Positions 39,283 through 50,346 are shown, counted from the first letter of the stretch. The stretch: DNA of 64,000 nucleotides from Methylocystaceae bacterium (GCA_050259135.1 JBLNAA010000008.1:5931-69930), one strand, 5' to 3'. The notes: generated by a model not told the origin, from the sequence alone. Made by a program: numbers and translations.

Positions 39283-39618
39283 TTATTGATCTGAGTTTTT
39301 CTCAGCAGCGGCAGCTGGCTGGCTGCCTTCCTGAATGGTAATCTGTTTTTGCAGCTGTTTTTCCAGCTTACGATTTTTAGTCTGTAAACCTCGCACCGTT
39401 TTACCCATTTTCAAATAGCGAGCTCCGTTTACCAGGTAAGTAAGAGCGGCTCCAGTCAGCATAGCTAACAGTGCCACCACTGCAATACTTACCCTGGGTG
39501 ACTGCCAGGTGATAAATTTCACCGCTACCATCGCTGTATTCTGGAGAACAAAAATCCCAATCGCTGCCCCAAAAATAATGATCCCGAGCAAATAACCCTG
39601 CACTGCACCTTCCCCCAT
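39283..39618 (-). CDS. LapA-domain (DUF1049) small membrane protein
   Basis: Two TM helices, then a coiled-coil tail (NRKLEKQLQKQ). Confidence 0.5.
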   Translation of the reverse strand: MGEGAVQGYLLGIIIFGAAIGIFVLQNTAMVAVKFITWQSPRVSIAVVALLAMLTGAALTYLVNGARYLKMGKTVRGLQTKNRKLEKQLQKQITIQEGSQPAAAAEKNSDQ

Positions 39619-39669
39619 TACTGCATACTATAAGCCCACTAATTCTCTCTTTAAGCAGGAAATCCTGCC

Positions 39670-40563
39670 CTAATCCTGTGGCTGCAGTTTATGGTCGCAG
39701 GAGACTTCCTCTCCTGGTTCCACATGAATTAATACCTGACTGTAAGGAAGACTAGCCGTGATTTGATCTTCTATGGCATCACATAAATCGTGTACTTGTT
39801 TGACACTCATGTTAGGGCAGGTAACCAAATGTAAATCCAGATAACTATCCCGCCCCGCCTGCCGGGATCGCAGGTCATGATAATCCAGGTAATCATCCCC
39901 ATACTCTTCCAAAATAGCTTTTACCACGTCCAGGTCTTGACTGCACATTGCGGTGTCCAGTAATGGATGAAAGGCTTCTTTGGTTAAGTCCCAGGCGGCT
40001 TTGATAATTAGCAGTGCGACCAGAATTGCCGCAATCGGGTCAACTAAGGTTATTTTCGTAAAATGAATTATAATTAATGCTACGGTTACTCCTAACGAGG
40101 TAAGAACATCAGTCCGCAAATGCATGGCATCAGCTTCCAGAGCTATTGAGGAAGATGCCCGGGCTACCTTGAATAGGTAGGTTGATATAATCAGGTTGAT
40201 TACAGTTGAGGTTCCCATTATCAGAATACCCCAGCCCACCGGCAGCATTTCTCCTCCGCGCTGCAGTTTATCTGCTGCTTCCCAGATGATCCAGAGCGCT
40301 GCTACAAAAATAAGCAGGGCTTCAATGGTACCTGAAACATTTTCCATCTTACCGTGTCCATAAGGGTGCTGTTCATCCGGGGGCTGACTCGATTTTTTTA
40401 CCGCAAACAATGCGATAAAAGAGGCCAGCAGGTCATTAGCTGAATGAATGCCTTCAGCTATTACACTTACTGATCCGATCATCAGCCCGATAATCAGTTT
40501 GAAAGTAACCAGAATAGTATTACTGGCAACTGACACCCAGGCCGCTTTCACACGCATATCCAT
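39670..40563 (-). CDS. Cation diffusion facilitator (CDF) family metal efflux transporter
   Basis: SVIAEGIHSANDL and HLRTDVLTS metal-site motifs. C-terminal cytoplasmic domain. Start refined to the ATG at 40563 after GGGGG; the track ORF extends upstream through the leader. Confidence 0.85.
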   Translation of the reverse strand: MDMRVKAAWVSVASNTILVTFKLIIGLMIGSVSVIAEGIHSANDLLASFIALFAVKKSSQPPDEQHPYGHGKMENVSGTIEALLIFVAALWIIWEAADKLQRGGEMLPVGWGILIMGTSTVINLIISTYLFKVARASSSIALEADAMHLRTDVLTSLGVTVALIIIHFTKITLVDPIAAILVALLIIKAAWDLTKEAFHPLLDTAMCSQDLDVVKAILEEYGDDYLDYHDLRSRQAGRDSYLDLHLVTCPNMSVKQVHDLCDAIEDQITASLPYSQVLIHVEPGEEVSCDHKLQPQD

Positions 40564-40582
40564 GTTATTACCCCCTAGAATA

Positions 40583-40615
40583 GAGAAAACGCGGGACCTT
40601 ATACAAAGTCCCGCG
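40583..40615 (-). terminator. Intrinsic terminator between secF and the CDF gene (secDF terminator and/or attenuator)
   Basis: Minus strand reads CGCGGGAC-TTTGTATAAG-GTCCCGCG followed by TTTTCTC. Ends only about 20 nt before the CDF start codon. Confidence 0.75.
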
Positions 40616-40688
40616 GTGGTTCCGCTGCTCTCATCGAGCCCAGCTAATCGAGCCTGACCTAAACCTTGGTTTCTTACAGTTAAAAACG

Positions 40689-40718
40689 ATTTTAACATAG
40701 TCCAGGCTTAATTTTCAA
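40689..40718 (-). promoter_or_regulatory. Sigma-A-type promoter candidate with extended -10, upstream of the CDF leader
   Basis: Minus strand reads TTGAAA-N16-TGTTAAAAT (TTGAAA to TAAAAT spacer 18 nt), immediately after the secF stop. Confidence 0.4.
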
Positions 40719-40722
40719 GAGC

Positions 40723-41580
40723 TTATTTACTTGCTGCCAAACGGTTCAGGTCATACCAGATCGGACTGGCAACAAAGATAGAGGAATAACAACCTACACT
40801 AAACCCGATTAACAGGGCCATTACAAAGAACTTCAAAGTGGCACCGCCAAAGACCAGCAGACCAATAAGAACGAAAACAACCGTAAGCACTGTATTTATT
40901 GACCGGGTTAAGGTCTGCCAGATGCTGGTGTCGGCCAGAACTGCCAGATTCTTTTCTTTGCGCATGAGGACCCGCTGATTCTCCCTTATCCGGTCAAAGA
41001 TAACGATGGTATCGTTGATCGAATAACCGAGTATGGTGAGGATAGCCGCAATGAATGAACTGTCTACCTCCCACTGGAAGATGGAAAACACTCCGATAAC
41101 AAACAGAGCATCATGCAGCAGTGATGCAATTGCTGCCACCCCATATTTAAACTCAAAGCGAATGCTGATATAGATCAGCATCATAATACAAGCCACCAGC
41201 AGCGATAATAAAGCCTTGGTACGCAGCTCACTGCCGATAACCGGTCCTACCTTTTCCGCCCGCAGCAGTTCCATGCTGCCGAGGTCTTGCTTTAAATTAC
41301 TCACCAGTTTATCACTCTGTTTTTGATTGAGCTCAACAGTCCGGATCAAAAATTCATTATTGCCGGCTTTTTGAATAGTCGGCTCTTTATCTAATCCCAT
41401 TTTATCAACCGAAGCCCGTACCTGAGCCACCGTAACCGATGCTTCGGTACGAATGCTGTACAGAGAGCCGCCCGTAAAGTCGATCCCCAGGTTGAGTCCC
41501 CGGGTAAAGAGGGAAATGATCCCTGGAACAATTATAATTAAAGATATTATATACCAGTATTTGCGTTTCTCAATAAACAC
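40723..41580 (-). CDS. secF: Protein translocase subunit SecF
   Basis: GIDFTGG motif. Start refined to the GTG at 41580 after AAAGGAGGG, 2 nt after the secD stop. Confidence 0.93.
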   Translation of the reverse strand: MFIEKRKYWYIISLIIIVPGIISLFTRGLNLGIDFTGGSLYSIRTEASVTVAQVRASVDKMGLDKEPTIQKAGNNEFLIRTVELNQKQSDKLVSNLKQDLGSMELLRAEKVGPVIGSELRTKALLSLLVACIMMLIYISIRFEFKYGVAAIASLLHDALFVIGVFSIFQWEVDSSFIAAILTILGYSINDTIVIFDRIRENQRVLMRKEKNLAVLADTSIWQTLTRSINTVLTVVFVLIGLLVFGGATLKFFVMALLIGFSVGCYSSIFVASPIWYDLNRLAASK

Positions 41581-41582
41581 GG

Positions 41583-42794
41583 TTAGCCCTCCTTTACCCC
41601 GTATAACGAAGTCTTCTTCCAGACGTCCGCACACCACCTGAGCAGCCAATGGGTAAAGGTGATCGCTGTAAACATACTGGCCAGAATACCGATGGACAGC
41701 GTAACTGCAAAACCCTTAATTGAACCGGTACCGAAGTACAAGAGTACTACGGCGGCAATCAGGGTAGTGACATTGGAGTCAACGATGGCTACAAAGGCTC
41801 GTTTGAAACCGGCGTCAATTGCTGCCTGCAGGGTCTTGCCATGGCGCAGCTCGTCCTTTATTCGTTCATAGATAATAATATTCGCATCAACCGCCATACC
41901 GATTGATAGCAGGAAACCTGCAATTCCCGGCAGGGTCAGGGTCTGACCAATCAACGCGGTAATACCTAGTACCAGCACGCTGTAGAAAACCAGTGATACA
42001 TCAGCAACCGCACCCGGTAAACGATAGAAGCCTAACATAAAGATGAAGATCATGATCAGGCCGATGATACCGGCGTGAATACTCTTCTTTAGCGAGTCAG
42101 ATCCGAGAGTCGGACCCACAGTACGTTTTTCGGCCTGCACCAGATCAACCGGCAGTGCACCTGAACGTAGCTGAATAGCTAAGTTACTTGCCTCTTCCAG
42201 GTTTTGAAATCCGCCATGGATCATGGCCTTGCCCCCGGTAATAGCTTCATCAACCCGCGGAGCGCTGATAACCTTATCATCAAGTACAATCGAGAGTGTT
42301 TTGCCCACATTGGCAGCGGTGGCCTGGGCAAACTTCTCAGATCCCGTCTTATCGAACTCAATATCAACTACCGGTTGGTTATCCTGTCCGATATTGGCCG
42401 TAGCATCTTTCAGGTTGTTACCGGTGACTACCACCTTACCGCTTTCATCCACAAATTTGAGCTGAGCTGTCTGCCCCAGAATACGGGCAGCTTCTTCCGG
42501 ATCCTTAACCCCGGCCAGCTCAATAATTACCCGCTTGTTGCCCTGGGTCTGAATAATCGGTTCCTTAACCCCCATGGCATCAATACGATTTCTCATAACC
42601 GCTACGGTTTTCTTAATGGTATCATCACTTATAGTCTGGCCAGGTTTTTCCTTGGCCTCCATTACTACATGCAGTCCGCCCTGGAGGTCAAGCCCCAGGT
42701 TAATGTGGTTTTTGATCGGTGTAAAAGCCAGGCCAGCCAGCAGAGCTATACCGATAACCACTGCTGTTAACTTGGCAATACTTTGACCCCTCAC
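41583..42794 (-). CDS. secD: Protein translocase subunit SecD
   Basis: GLDLQGG motif and a C-terminal 6-TM domain. Length 403 aa. Confidence 0.93.
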   Translation of the reverse strand: MRGQSIAKLTAVVIGIALLAGLAFTPIKNHINLGLDLQGGLHVVMEAKEKPGQTISDDTIKKTVAVMRNRIDAMGVKEPIIQTQGNKRVIIELAGVKDPEEAARILGQTAQLKFVDESGKVVVTGNNLKDATANIGQDNQPVVDIEFDKTGSEKFAQATAANVGKTLSIVLDDKVISAPRVDEAITGGKAMIHGGFQNLEEASNLAIQLRSGALPVDLVQAEKRTVGPTLGSDSLKKSIHAGIIGLIMIFIFMLGFYRLPGAVADVSLVFYSVLVLGITALIGQTLTLPGIAGFLLSIGMAVDANIIIYERIKDELRHGKTLQAAIDAGFKRAFVAIVDSNVTTLIAAVVLLYFGTGSIKGFAVTLSIGILASMFTAITFTHWLLRWCADVWKKTSLYGVKEG

Positions 42795-42816
42795 TCAACT
42801 TCCTCCTTTCACCCAG

Positions 42817-43479
42817 TTACAATAGTTTAGCCCCGTTGATGATTAACTCAAACTCGCAGCCCAGATACGCAGCTGCGCGCCGACACATCAGCATCCGGGT
42901 CAGGAAAATTTCAAAATACTCCATTACCGGGCAAATATTATTATCAATGGTCAGTCGCATAGTCAGACGGCGATTCTGATCATCGATCAGCAGTTCCGAA
43001 TCATTAACCGCATAATTAACCCGGTCATGTATGTCAAAGGTGGCTACATCATGGTTGCGTACCCGATTGCGGTGCACATGGGATTTATCCGCCAGGATAA
43101 GGGCAGCTGCCACTCTGCTAACGGGATGTCCGCTGCCTTCATCATGATTGCCAATGGCACCTGCTACCAGAGCCACCTCAACAGTTGGCATTCCTATGTT
43201 ATTCAAAATACCGATAGCCATAGCAGCGCCCGCCTGACTGTGACCCTCGCGATTGATAACATTGCCGATATCATGCATATAACCGGCAATTGCCGCCAGC
43301 TCTGCCTCCCGGTCATCTCCTCCGAGGCGGGCGATTAACTCCTGAGACAAACTGGAAACCAATCCTACGTGCGAAGGTCCATGGTCAGTGTAGCCCATAG
43401 CTTCTAGATGAGCATTACCTCCTTCGATAAATGTATTTATCAAAGGATTAGCCTTAATCTCCTGCAGAGTTACTATCAC
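42817..43479 (-). CDS. HD domain-containing phosphohydrolase
   Basis: HxxxH…YMHDIGN motif. Overlaps the yajC stop by 4 nt. Confidence 0.65.
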   Translation of the reverse strand: MIVTLQEIKANPLINTFIEGGNAHLEAMGYTDHGPSHVGLVSSLSQELIARLGGDDREAELAAIAGYMHDIGNVINREGHSQAGAAMAIGILNNIGMPTVEVALVAGAIGNHDEGSGHPVSRVAAALILADKSHVHRNRVRNHDVATFDIHDRVNYAVNDSELLIDDQNRRLTMRLTIDNNICPVMEYFEIFLTRMLMCRRAAAYLGCEFELIINGAKLL

Positions 43480-43766
43480 TGCTGATCCAGCCGCCGTGCT
43501 ATTGCATCCTTTGCCATCTCGAGTTCAGTATTCTCTGCGGTACGAATGATAACACTGTTATCCTTGATCTTCTTAATCTCACCGATAATACCGCCGATAG
43601 TTGCCACCCGATCACGAACTGCCAGGTTGGCAATCAGTTCCTTATGCTGCTTTTCCTGTTTCTTACGGGGCATAAACACCATAAGATAAAAAAGGAGCAC
43701 AATTGCAACTAAGTAGAGGACCCAAATCATTGTTTGATTGGTTGGTGCAGCACCAAACGCCAACAT
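43476..43766 (-). CDS. yajC: Preprotein translocase subunit YajC
   Basis: Single TM segment plus the FMPRKKQEKQHKEL motif. Length 96 aa. Confidence 0.9.
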   Translation of the reverse strand: MLAFGAAPTNQTMIWVLYLVAIVLLFYLMVFMPRKKQEKQHKELIANLAVRDRVATIGGIIGEIKKIKDNSVIIRTAENTELEMAKDAIARRLDQQ

Positions 43767-43857
43767 GTTATACCTCCTATGCTCTGCTTCTTAATCTATA
43801 CCTAATCTCGGTTACAATCCTATTTAGTATAACAGGTTAATTAAATATTTGTACATT

Positions 43858-44994
<1,137 letters not shown>

Positions 44995-44998
44995 TTAG

Positions 44999-46045
44999 TT
45001 AAATTATAAGCATGGCATCGCCGTAACTGAAAAACCGATAACGGTTATTCACTGCCCAACGATAAGCATCAAGGGTATGGCCGAGGCCGGTAAAGGCTGT
45101 CACCAGCATCAGCAATGATGACTTGGGCAGGTGAAAATTGGTTATCATGGCATCCATTGCCCGGAATTCATAGCCAGGGTAGATAAACAAGCGGGTATCC
45201 TTGCGGCCCGACTGGTAACCTTCCCCAGCCTGGTACATGCTCTCCAGGGTACGTACCACCGTGGTTCCCACCGCTAACACTTTTTTCCCCATCCGGCGGG
45301 CCTGATTTAACTGCGCGGCTGCTTCAATACTGATTTCACAGAACTCGCTGTGTATTTCATGCTGGCGTATATCAGCCGCCTCCACCGGTCTGAAAGTACC
45401 CAAACCCACATGCAGCAGCACTTCAATAATCTGAACACCCCGAGCTGTCATCTTTTCCAGAATCTCTGGTGTAAAGTGCAGTCCTGCGGTGGGGGCTGCC
45501 GCCGACCCTGGTGTACGTGCAAATACTGTCTGATAACGCTCCTGGTCTTCCTGTCCGGCCGGGCGGTTGATATAAGGGGGAAGGGGTACCTCACCCACCT
45601 GATCCAGGAATGCCAGTACATCTGGGCAATTCTCAAAGGCTACCAGCCGGCCGCCGCCAAAGGAGAGCTCCCCTTTTATAATGGCAGTTACCTTGGTACC
45701 GGAAAAAGTGACTCGAGTACCAATGGGCAAACGTTTGGCTGGCCTCACTAATGCCTCATAGCCACCCGGCGATGGTTTTAACAATAGTATTTCCACCCGG
45801 GCTCCGGTTTTTTCCTTGATGCCGTGCAACCGTGCCGGCACCACCCGGGTACGGTTTAAGACCACTACCCACTCTGGCCCCAGTAACTCAGGAAGATCTC
45901 GAAAGATTCGCTCCCTGATCTCTCCGGTTTGACGGTCTAATACGAGGAGCCGCGAGGCATCCCGCGGCTCCACCGGATACTGGGCAATCAATTCCGGGGG
46001 CAGATGATAGTTGTAAGTCTCCAGACTGAATATATCCACGTCCAA
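44999..46045 (-). CDS. queA: S-adenosylmethionine:tRNA ribosyltransferase-isomerase
   Basis: YHLPPELIAQYP, PLPPYI and GLHFT motifs. Probable start is the TTG at 46045 after AAAGGA; the track ORF extends to 46081. Confidence 0.93.
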   Translation of the reverse strand: MDVDIFSLETYNYHLPPELIAQYPVEPRDASRLLVLDRQTGEIRERIFRDLPELLGPEWVVVLNRTRVVPARLHGIKEKTGARVEILLLKPSPGGYEALVRPAKRLPIGTRVTFSGTKVTAIIKGELSFGGGRLVAFENCPDVLAFLDQVGEVPLPPYINRPAGQEDQERYQTVFARTPGSAAAPTAGLHFTPEILEKMTARGVQIIEVLLHVGLGTFRPVEAADIRQHEIHSEFCEISIEAAAQLNQARRMGKKVLAVGTTVVRTLESMYQAGEGYQSGRKDTRLFIYPGYEFRAMDAMITNFHLPKSSLLMLVTAFTGLGHTLDAYRWAVNNRYRFFSYGDAMLII

Positions 46046-46204
46046 GTTTAATCCTTTCCCACTCCGTACAGATCTTATCACCTATCTGCCCTATAATATA
46101 CCAATTTCCTGCTATAATCAATTTTCACCCGTAAAGTCAGAAAAAGGTACGTTCCAAATGCAATGCCTTTGCTGCACTCCGGGCGCCGATCACCCTTTCC
46201 CACA

Positions 46205-46238
46205 CATAATAAACACCTCCGTCAAGGGAGGTGTTTTT
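46205..46238 (-). terminator. Hairpin terminator (bidirectional shape) after the ruv-queH-DUF2905 operon
   Basis: AAACACCTCC-GTCAAG-GGAGGTGTTTTT. On the minus strand it is followed by TTTATTAT. Confidence 0.75.
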
Positions 46239-46276
46239 AAAGCCAATTTTAACGATTTTAGTTCAGATTTTCTAAA

Positions 46277-46486
46277 TCAGCGGCGGAATATCCAGCCAAC
46301 TGCGGTTAAAAGCAGGCTGAGCAGAATGCACCACCCCAGCGGGAAATAGAAGGTAAAACCTTCGCGCCGATAGTAAATATCACCCGGCAAGCGGGGAAAA
46401 CCGGCTGGCTTCATCACCAACAGAATTACTCCCACCACCACCAGTATTATTCCTAAGGTTATAAATAACCTGCCTAATCCGTTCAC
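46277..46486 (-). CDS. DUF2905 family small membrane protein
   Basis: 69 aa, two TM helices, motif LPGDIYYRREGFTFYFPL. Confidence 0.7.
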   Translation of the reverse strand: MNGLGRLFITLGIILVVVGVILLVMKPAGFPRLPGDIYYRREGFTFYFPLGWCILLSLLLTAVGWIFRR

Positions 46487-47049
46487 TTAGAATTCCTTCT
46501 GGCTGCCCCCGGCCATTGATTTTTGGGGGCATAACGTTCCACTTCACTATAAAGACAGCCGCAATACTGCTGGCGGTAGAGATTAAGGCCGCGTGCCTTT
46601 TGCTGCCCGCTTTTAAACCCGGGCCGAAAATCGCGGTAAACAAACTCCACCCCATAACGTTCAGCAGCCAACAACCCCACTTCTTTAATCAGTTCATGTT
46701 TTTGGTAGGGGCTTACTAAAAGGGTAGTAGTAAACCCATCAAATTTACCCTTTTGGGCAATATGGGCGGCTTGGTTCAGTCGCAGTTGATAACACATGAA
46801 ACAGCGCCTTTCTTCCCGGTAGGCAATATCATGGAAGTATTTCTCGATATCGTAATTCTGATCAAATATAACCGGCAACTCAGTACTTGCTGCCAGTTCC
46901 TCAACTCCCTGGCGGCGCCGCTGCCATTCCTGATAAGGGTGAATATTGGGGTTATAAAAATAGCCAGTTATTTCGTGACCCTCCGCTCGTAACACTTCAA
47001 TCGGATAACAGGCACAGGGGCCACAGCAAATATGCAGGAGCAATTTCAT
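46483..47049 (-). CDS. queH: Epoxyqueuosine reductase QueH (DUF208)
   Basis: N-terminal HICCGPCA motif and C-terminal QQYCGC. Length 188 aa. 4-nt overlaps with ruvB and with the DUF2905 gene. Confidence 0.85.
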   Translation of the reverse strand: MKLLLHICCGPCACYPIEVLRAEGHEITGYFYNPNIHPYQEWQRRRQGVEELAASTELPVIFDQNYDIEKYFHDIAYREERRCFMCYQLRLNQAAHIAQKGKFDGFTTTLLVSPYQKHELIKEVGLLAAERYGVEFVYRDFRPGFKSGQQKARGLNLYRQQYCGCLYSEVERYAPKNQWPGAARRNSK

Positions 47050-48083
47050 GCTCCACTCGCCTCCTCAGAATTAAACAACCCTTCATCGTTACCGACATAG
47101 TTTAAACCTAAATGCTGGTAAGCCAGGCGGGTCGCAATCCGCCCTCGCGGTGTACGCTGCAAGAAGCCAATCTTTAATAAATAAGGCTCATAAACGTCCA
47201 ACAGCGTGTCTGGTTCTTCCGAAACTGCTGCACATAATGTGTCAAGTCCTACCGGTCCGCCGGAGAATTTCACGATAACCGCCTCCAGTAATCGACGGTC
47301 AAGTAAATCCAGTCCGGCTTCATCAACTTCAAATTTGGTTAATGCTTCACGGGCAATTTGATGATTAATAGAATTAAATCCTTTTACCGTAGCGTAATCA
47401 CGAACCCTTTTTAAAAGCCGATTGGCAATCCGAGGAGTACCTCGCGACCGGCGGGCTATTTCCAGGGCACCTGGTTTATCAATATCGATCCCCAGAATAA
47501 CCGCAGCCCGGCTGATAATGACAGCCAAATCCTCTTGTTCATAAAAGTCCAGCCGACAGGCTATACCAAAGCGATCGCGCAAAGGTGCCGATAACATTCC
47601 CGGGCGGGTCGTCGCCCCCACCAGAGTAAAAGGCGGCAAATCCAGGCGCAGGGTTCGGGCTGAAGGTCCCTTTCCGATGACGATATCCAGACAGGAATCC
47701 TCCATCGCCGGATACAAAATCTCTTCTACGGTCCGATTCATGCGGTGAATCTCATCAATAAACAATACCTCACCTGGTTCCAGGTTGGTAAGAATCGCCG
47801 CCAGGTCACCAGGACGCTCAATAGCCGGCCCCGAAGTTTTTCGGATGGGCCGGTCCATTTCATGGGCAATTATGGCTGCCAGCGTAGTCTTACCGAGACC
47901 CGGCGGACCTGAGAGTAAAACATGATCCAGCGACTCTCCCCGAATTTTGGCAGCCTGGATAAAGATTTCCACGTTTTCTTTAACCTTATCCTGACCAATA
48001 TAATCAGCCAGCCTAACCGGGCGCAGATTTCCTTCGACCAGAGTATCCTCCAGGCTTACTTCCGCCGCCACCAGGCGTTCCAT
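47046..48083 (-). CDS. ruvB: Holliday junction branch migration helicase RuvB
   Basis: GPPGLGKTT Walker A, DEIHR Walker B. Confidence 0.97.
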   Translation of the reverse strand: MERLVAAEVSLEDTLVEGNLRPVRLADYIGQDKVKENVEIFIQAAKIRGESLDHVLLSGPPGLGKTTLAAIIAHEMDRPIRKTSGPAIERPGDLAAILTNLEPGEVLFIDEIHRMNRTVEEILYPAMEDSCLDIVIGKGPSARTLRLDLPPFTLVGATTRPGMLSAPLRDRFGIACRLDFYEQEDLAVIISRAAVILGIDIDKPGALEIARRSRGTPRIANRLLKRVRDYATVKGFNSINHQIAREALTKFEVDEAGLDLLDRRLLEAVIVKFSGGPVGLDTLCAAVSEEPDTLLDVYEPYLLKIGFLQRTPRGRIATRLAYQHLGLNYVGNDEGLFNSEEASGA

Positions 48084-48704
48084 TTAAATCCTCTCCCTTT
48101 TACTGCTGTCCAATGAACTTAAAAAAAGCTTTAAATCTTGGGCAATAACTCCGCTTAACTTGCCTTCTTTTTGCATCAGATTAAGCCGTGGCAGTACTTC
48201 ACGCTGGGAGTAACCCAGAGCCATCAGGGCTGACACAATTTCATCCACGACTGGTTCATGACGGGGTATTTCGATTTCCGGGGTATTGCCGGCTGGTATT
48301 ACCCGCCCTACCTTATCAGCTAACTCAAAGATAATTCGTTGGGCCACCTTTTTACCGATACCAGGCACCCGGGTCAGGGTCTTTTCATCGCTGCTGATTA
48401 CCGACTGATAAAATTCTGCTACCGAGAGGGTCGACAGCACATTTAAAGCGGTACGCGATCCCAATCCCGATACGGTTAACAAGAGCACAAACAGCTCCTG
48501 TTCTACCTGGGAAGCAAAAGCAAAAAGCCTTAATTCATTTTCCAGAACCTGCATTTGGGTATAGGCGGATATTTTCTCGCCTACTTGGCCGAAACTGACC
48601 GCGCTTCCTGGCGGAATATAGGCTTTAATACCCAAACCCATGATTTCCATGACAATCGAATCAGAAGCAGCTTGTACCAGGACACCGCTCATGTAGTCGA
48701 GCAT
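48084..48704 (-). CDS. ruvA: Holliday junction DNA helicase subunit RuvA
   Basis: HhH motifs (LTRVPGIGKKVAQRI). Length 206 aa. Confidence 0.93.
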   Translation of the reverse strand: MLDYMSGVLVQAASDSIVMEIMGLGIKAYIPPGSAVSFGQVGEKISAYTQMQVLENELRLFAFASQVEQELFVLLLTVSGLGSRTALNVLSTLSVAEFYQSVISSDEKTLTRVPGIGKKVAQRIIFELADKVGRVIPAGNTPEIEIPRHEPVVDEIVSALMALGYSQREVLPRLNLMQKEGKLSGVIAQDLKLFLSSLDSSKRERI

Positions 48705-48705
48705 T

Positions 48706-49206
48706 TTAACCTATCACCCCTTTTCCTTTATCCCCGTAAGTAGATGAGTTGATGTGACAAATGGCGATGGCCAGTGCATCAGCCGCATCATCCGGTTTGG
48801 GAATCGCGGACAGGTTTAAAACCCGTTTAACCATCTCCTGCACCTGACGTTTATCAGCATTTCCGTACCCTACTACAGCCATCTTAACCTGCAGCGGGGT
48901 ATATTCGAACAGAGGCAGCCCCTGCTGGGCAGCTGTCAATAAAACCACCCCCCGCGCCTGACTGACGGGAATTACAGTGGTAGCGTTGCGAAAATGAAAG
49001 AGCTGCTCTACAGCCATTACCTTAGGACGATACTGATCAATAATCTGGGTGAGTTCGGTATATATGGTCAGCAGACGGTCAGGCATGGGAGTATGGGCCG
49101 GGGTACGAATTACGCCCCCATCAATTAGGCGGCAGCGTCCGCTCACAACTTCTACAATTCCCACCCCGGTTATCGCTGTACCTGGATCAATACCGAGCAC
49201 CAGCAT
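48706..49206 (-). CDS. ruvC: Crossover junction endodeoxyribonuclease RuvC
   Basis: VLGIDPGTAITG N-terminus. Start refined to the ATG at 49206 after GGAGG. Confidence 0.93.
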   Translation of the reverse strand: MLVLGIDPGTAITGVGIVEVVSGRCRLIDGGVIRTPAHTPMPDRLLTIYTELTQIIDQYRPKVMAVEQLFHFRNATTVIPVSQARGVVLLTAAQQGLPLFEYTPLQVKMAVVGYGNADKRQVQEMVKRVLNLSAIPKPDDAADALAIAICHINSSTYGDKGKGVIG

Positions 49207-49315
49207 CGTGTGACCTCCATGGCTTACACTCATTTGTTTACCATTTTATTATAAAGTAAACATACGTTCTAGTCCCGGCCCCAATTGAGTTCTGATCAGG
49301 AAATCTTGTTTCACC

Positions 49316-50218
49316 TTAAAAGTCGGGTCTGCTATCCTTAAACCCCTTGCCGTAGACCTCGATAGTTTCATTAATAGTAATAAAAGCATGGGGATCTAAT
49401 TGCAGAACTAATTCCTTTAAACGTGGCATCTGCGTAATGCCAACAGTTACCATAATAATATCCCGGGTCTCTCCTGTGTACGCTCCGACCCCTGACAGCA
49501 GCGTGCATCCGCGATGTAAGTTCTGCATAATTTCCTTGGCAATATCATCAGCTACCCCGGTAATTATCAGTGCCGTTTTACTTACATTGGTACCATTCTG
49601 TACCCAATCAACCATCTGCCCGTTAACGAAGATAGCAATAGCCGAATAAAGGGTCAGTTCAATATTCGAGGTCAGGAGCATTACCCCCAGAATAACCAGG
49701 TTAACCATTACCGAGACCGTACCAAAGTTATAACCCCAGAAACGCCGGACAATAATCGCAACAATATCCAAACCACCGGTGGAACCTTTACTGCGCAGGC
49801 AAATACCCGATCCCAGTCCAATTACTACTCCGCCCATAATAGCAGCCAATAATGTATCATGAACCCCTAAATTGACCTGCCAATTGCGAGTGATACCGAG
49901 AAAGAAGGATAAGGATAGCGTACCGAGCAGGCTGTAAAAGGCAAACCGACGACTGACAAATCTATAACCAGCGATAAAGATAGGGATATTAATAGCGAGC
50001 ACCCAAATCCATACTTCTATCCCGGTCAGAAAATTTATCATGATCGCAATACCGGTCACCCCTCCGGTCAGCAGATGGACTGGCATTATTACCAGAGTAA
50101 TACCGCTGGCCAGAATAAATGCCCCCAGGATGATTCCCAGTATGTCCTTTAGTGATATGGTTTCGGTAAACTGACGCAGATTGGTGGTGACAGCGGTCAT
50201 TGATTTGGCTAATTGCAT
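49316..50218 (-). CDS. YitT family membrane protein (with C-terminal DUF2179 domain)
   Basis: Five TM helices plus a soluble C-terminal domain (RGCTLLSGVGAYTG…). Confidence 0.75.
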   Translation of the reverse strand: MQLAKSMTAVTTNLRQFTETISLKDILGIILGAFILASGITLVIMPVHLLTGGVTGIAIMINFLTGIEVWIWVLAINIPIFIAGYRFVSRRFAFYSLLGTLSLSFFLGITRNWQVNLGVHDTLLAAIMGGVVIGLGSGICLRSKGSTGGLDIVAIIVRRFWGYNFGTVSVMVNLVILGVMLLTSNIELTLYSAIAIFVNGQMVDWVQNGTNVSKTALIITGVADDIAKEIMQNLHRGCTLLSGVGAYTGETRDIIMVTVGITQMPRLKELVLQLDPHAFITINETIEVYGKGFKDSRPDF

Positions 50219-50319
50219 AATTTATTTACTCCTAAACGTTTATTTGCCGGGATAATAGTTCTATTATAATAACAAACTCAGGAGATAACTAATCAATAAA
50301 TCTGCCGCTTCGTTCCCGG

Positions 50320-50346
50320 CAAAAAAGCCCCCGATAAGGGGGGCTT
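50320..50346 (-). terminator. Intrinsic terminator after the BofC-like gene
   Basis: Minus strand reads AGCCCCCC-TTAT-CGGGGGCT followed by TTTTTT. Confidence 0.8.

Noticed and set aside
40564-40722. NiCo (czcD) or yybP-ykoY riboswitch upstream of the CDF exporter
   Set aside because: I could not recognise the conserved junction sequences of either class from memory. It is kept only as an unclassified terminator-containing leader (see findings).
46082-46276. preQ1 riboswitch upstream of queA-tgt
   Set aside because: No preQ1-I or preQ1-II core is present (for example the CTAGCTACACCCTCTATAAAAAACTAA-type hairpin with an A-rich tail). The region is explained by a terminator plus a TTGATT-N17-TATTAT promoter.
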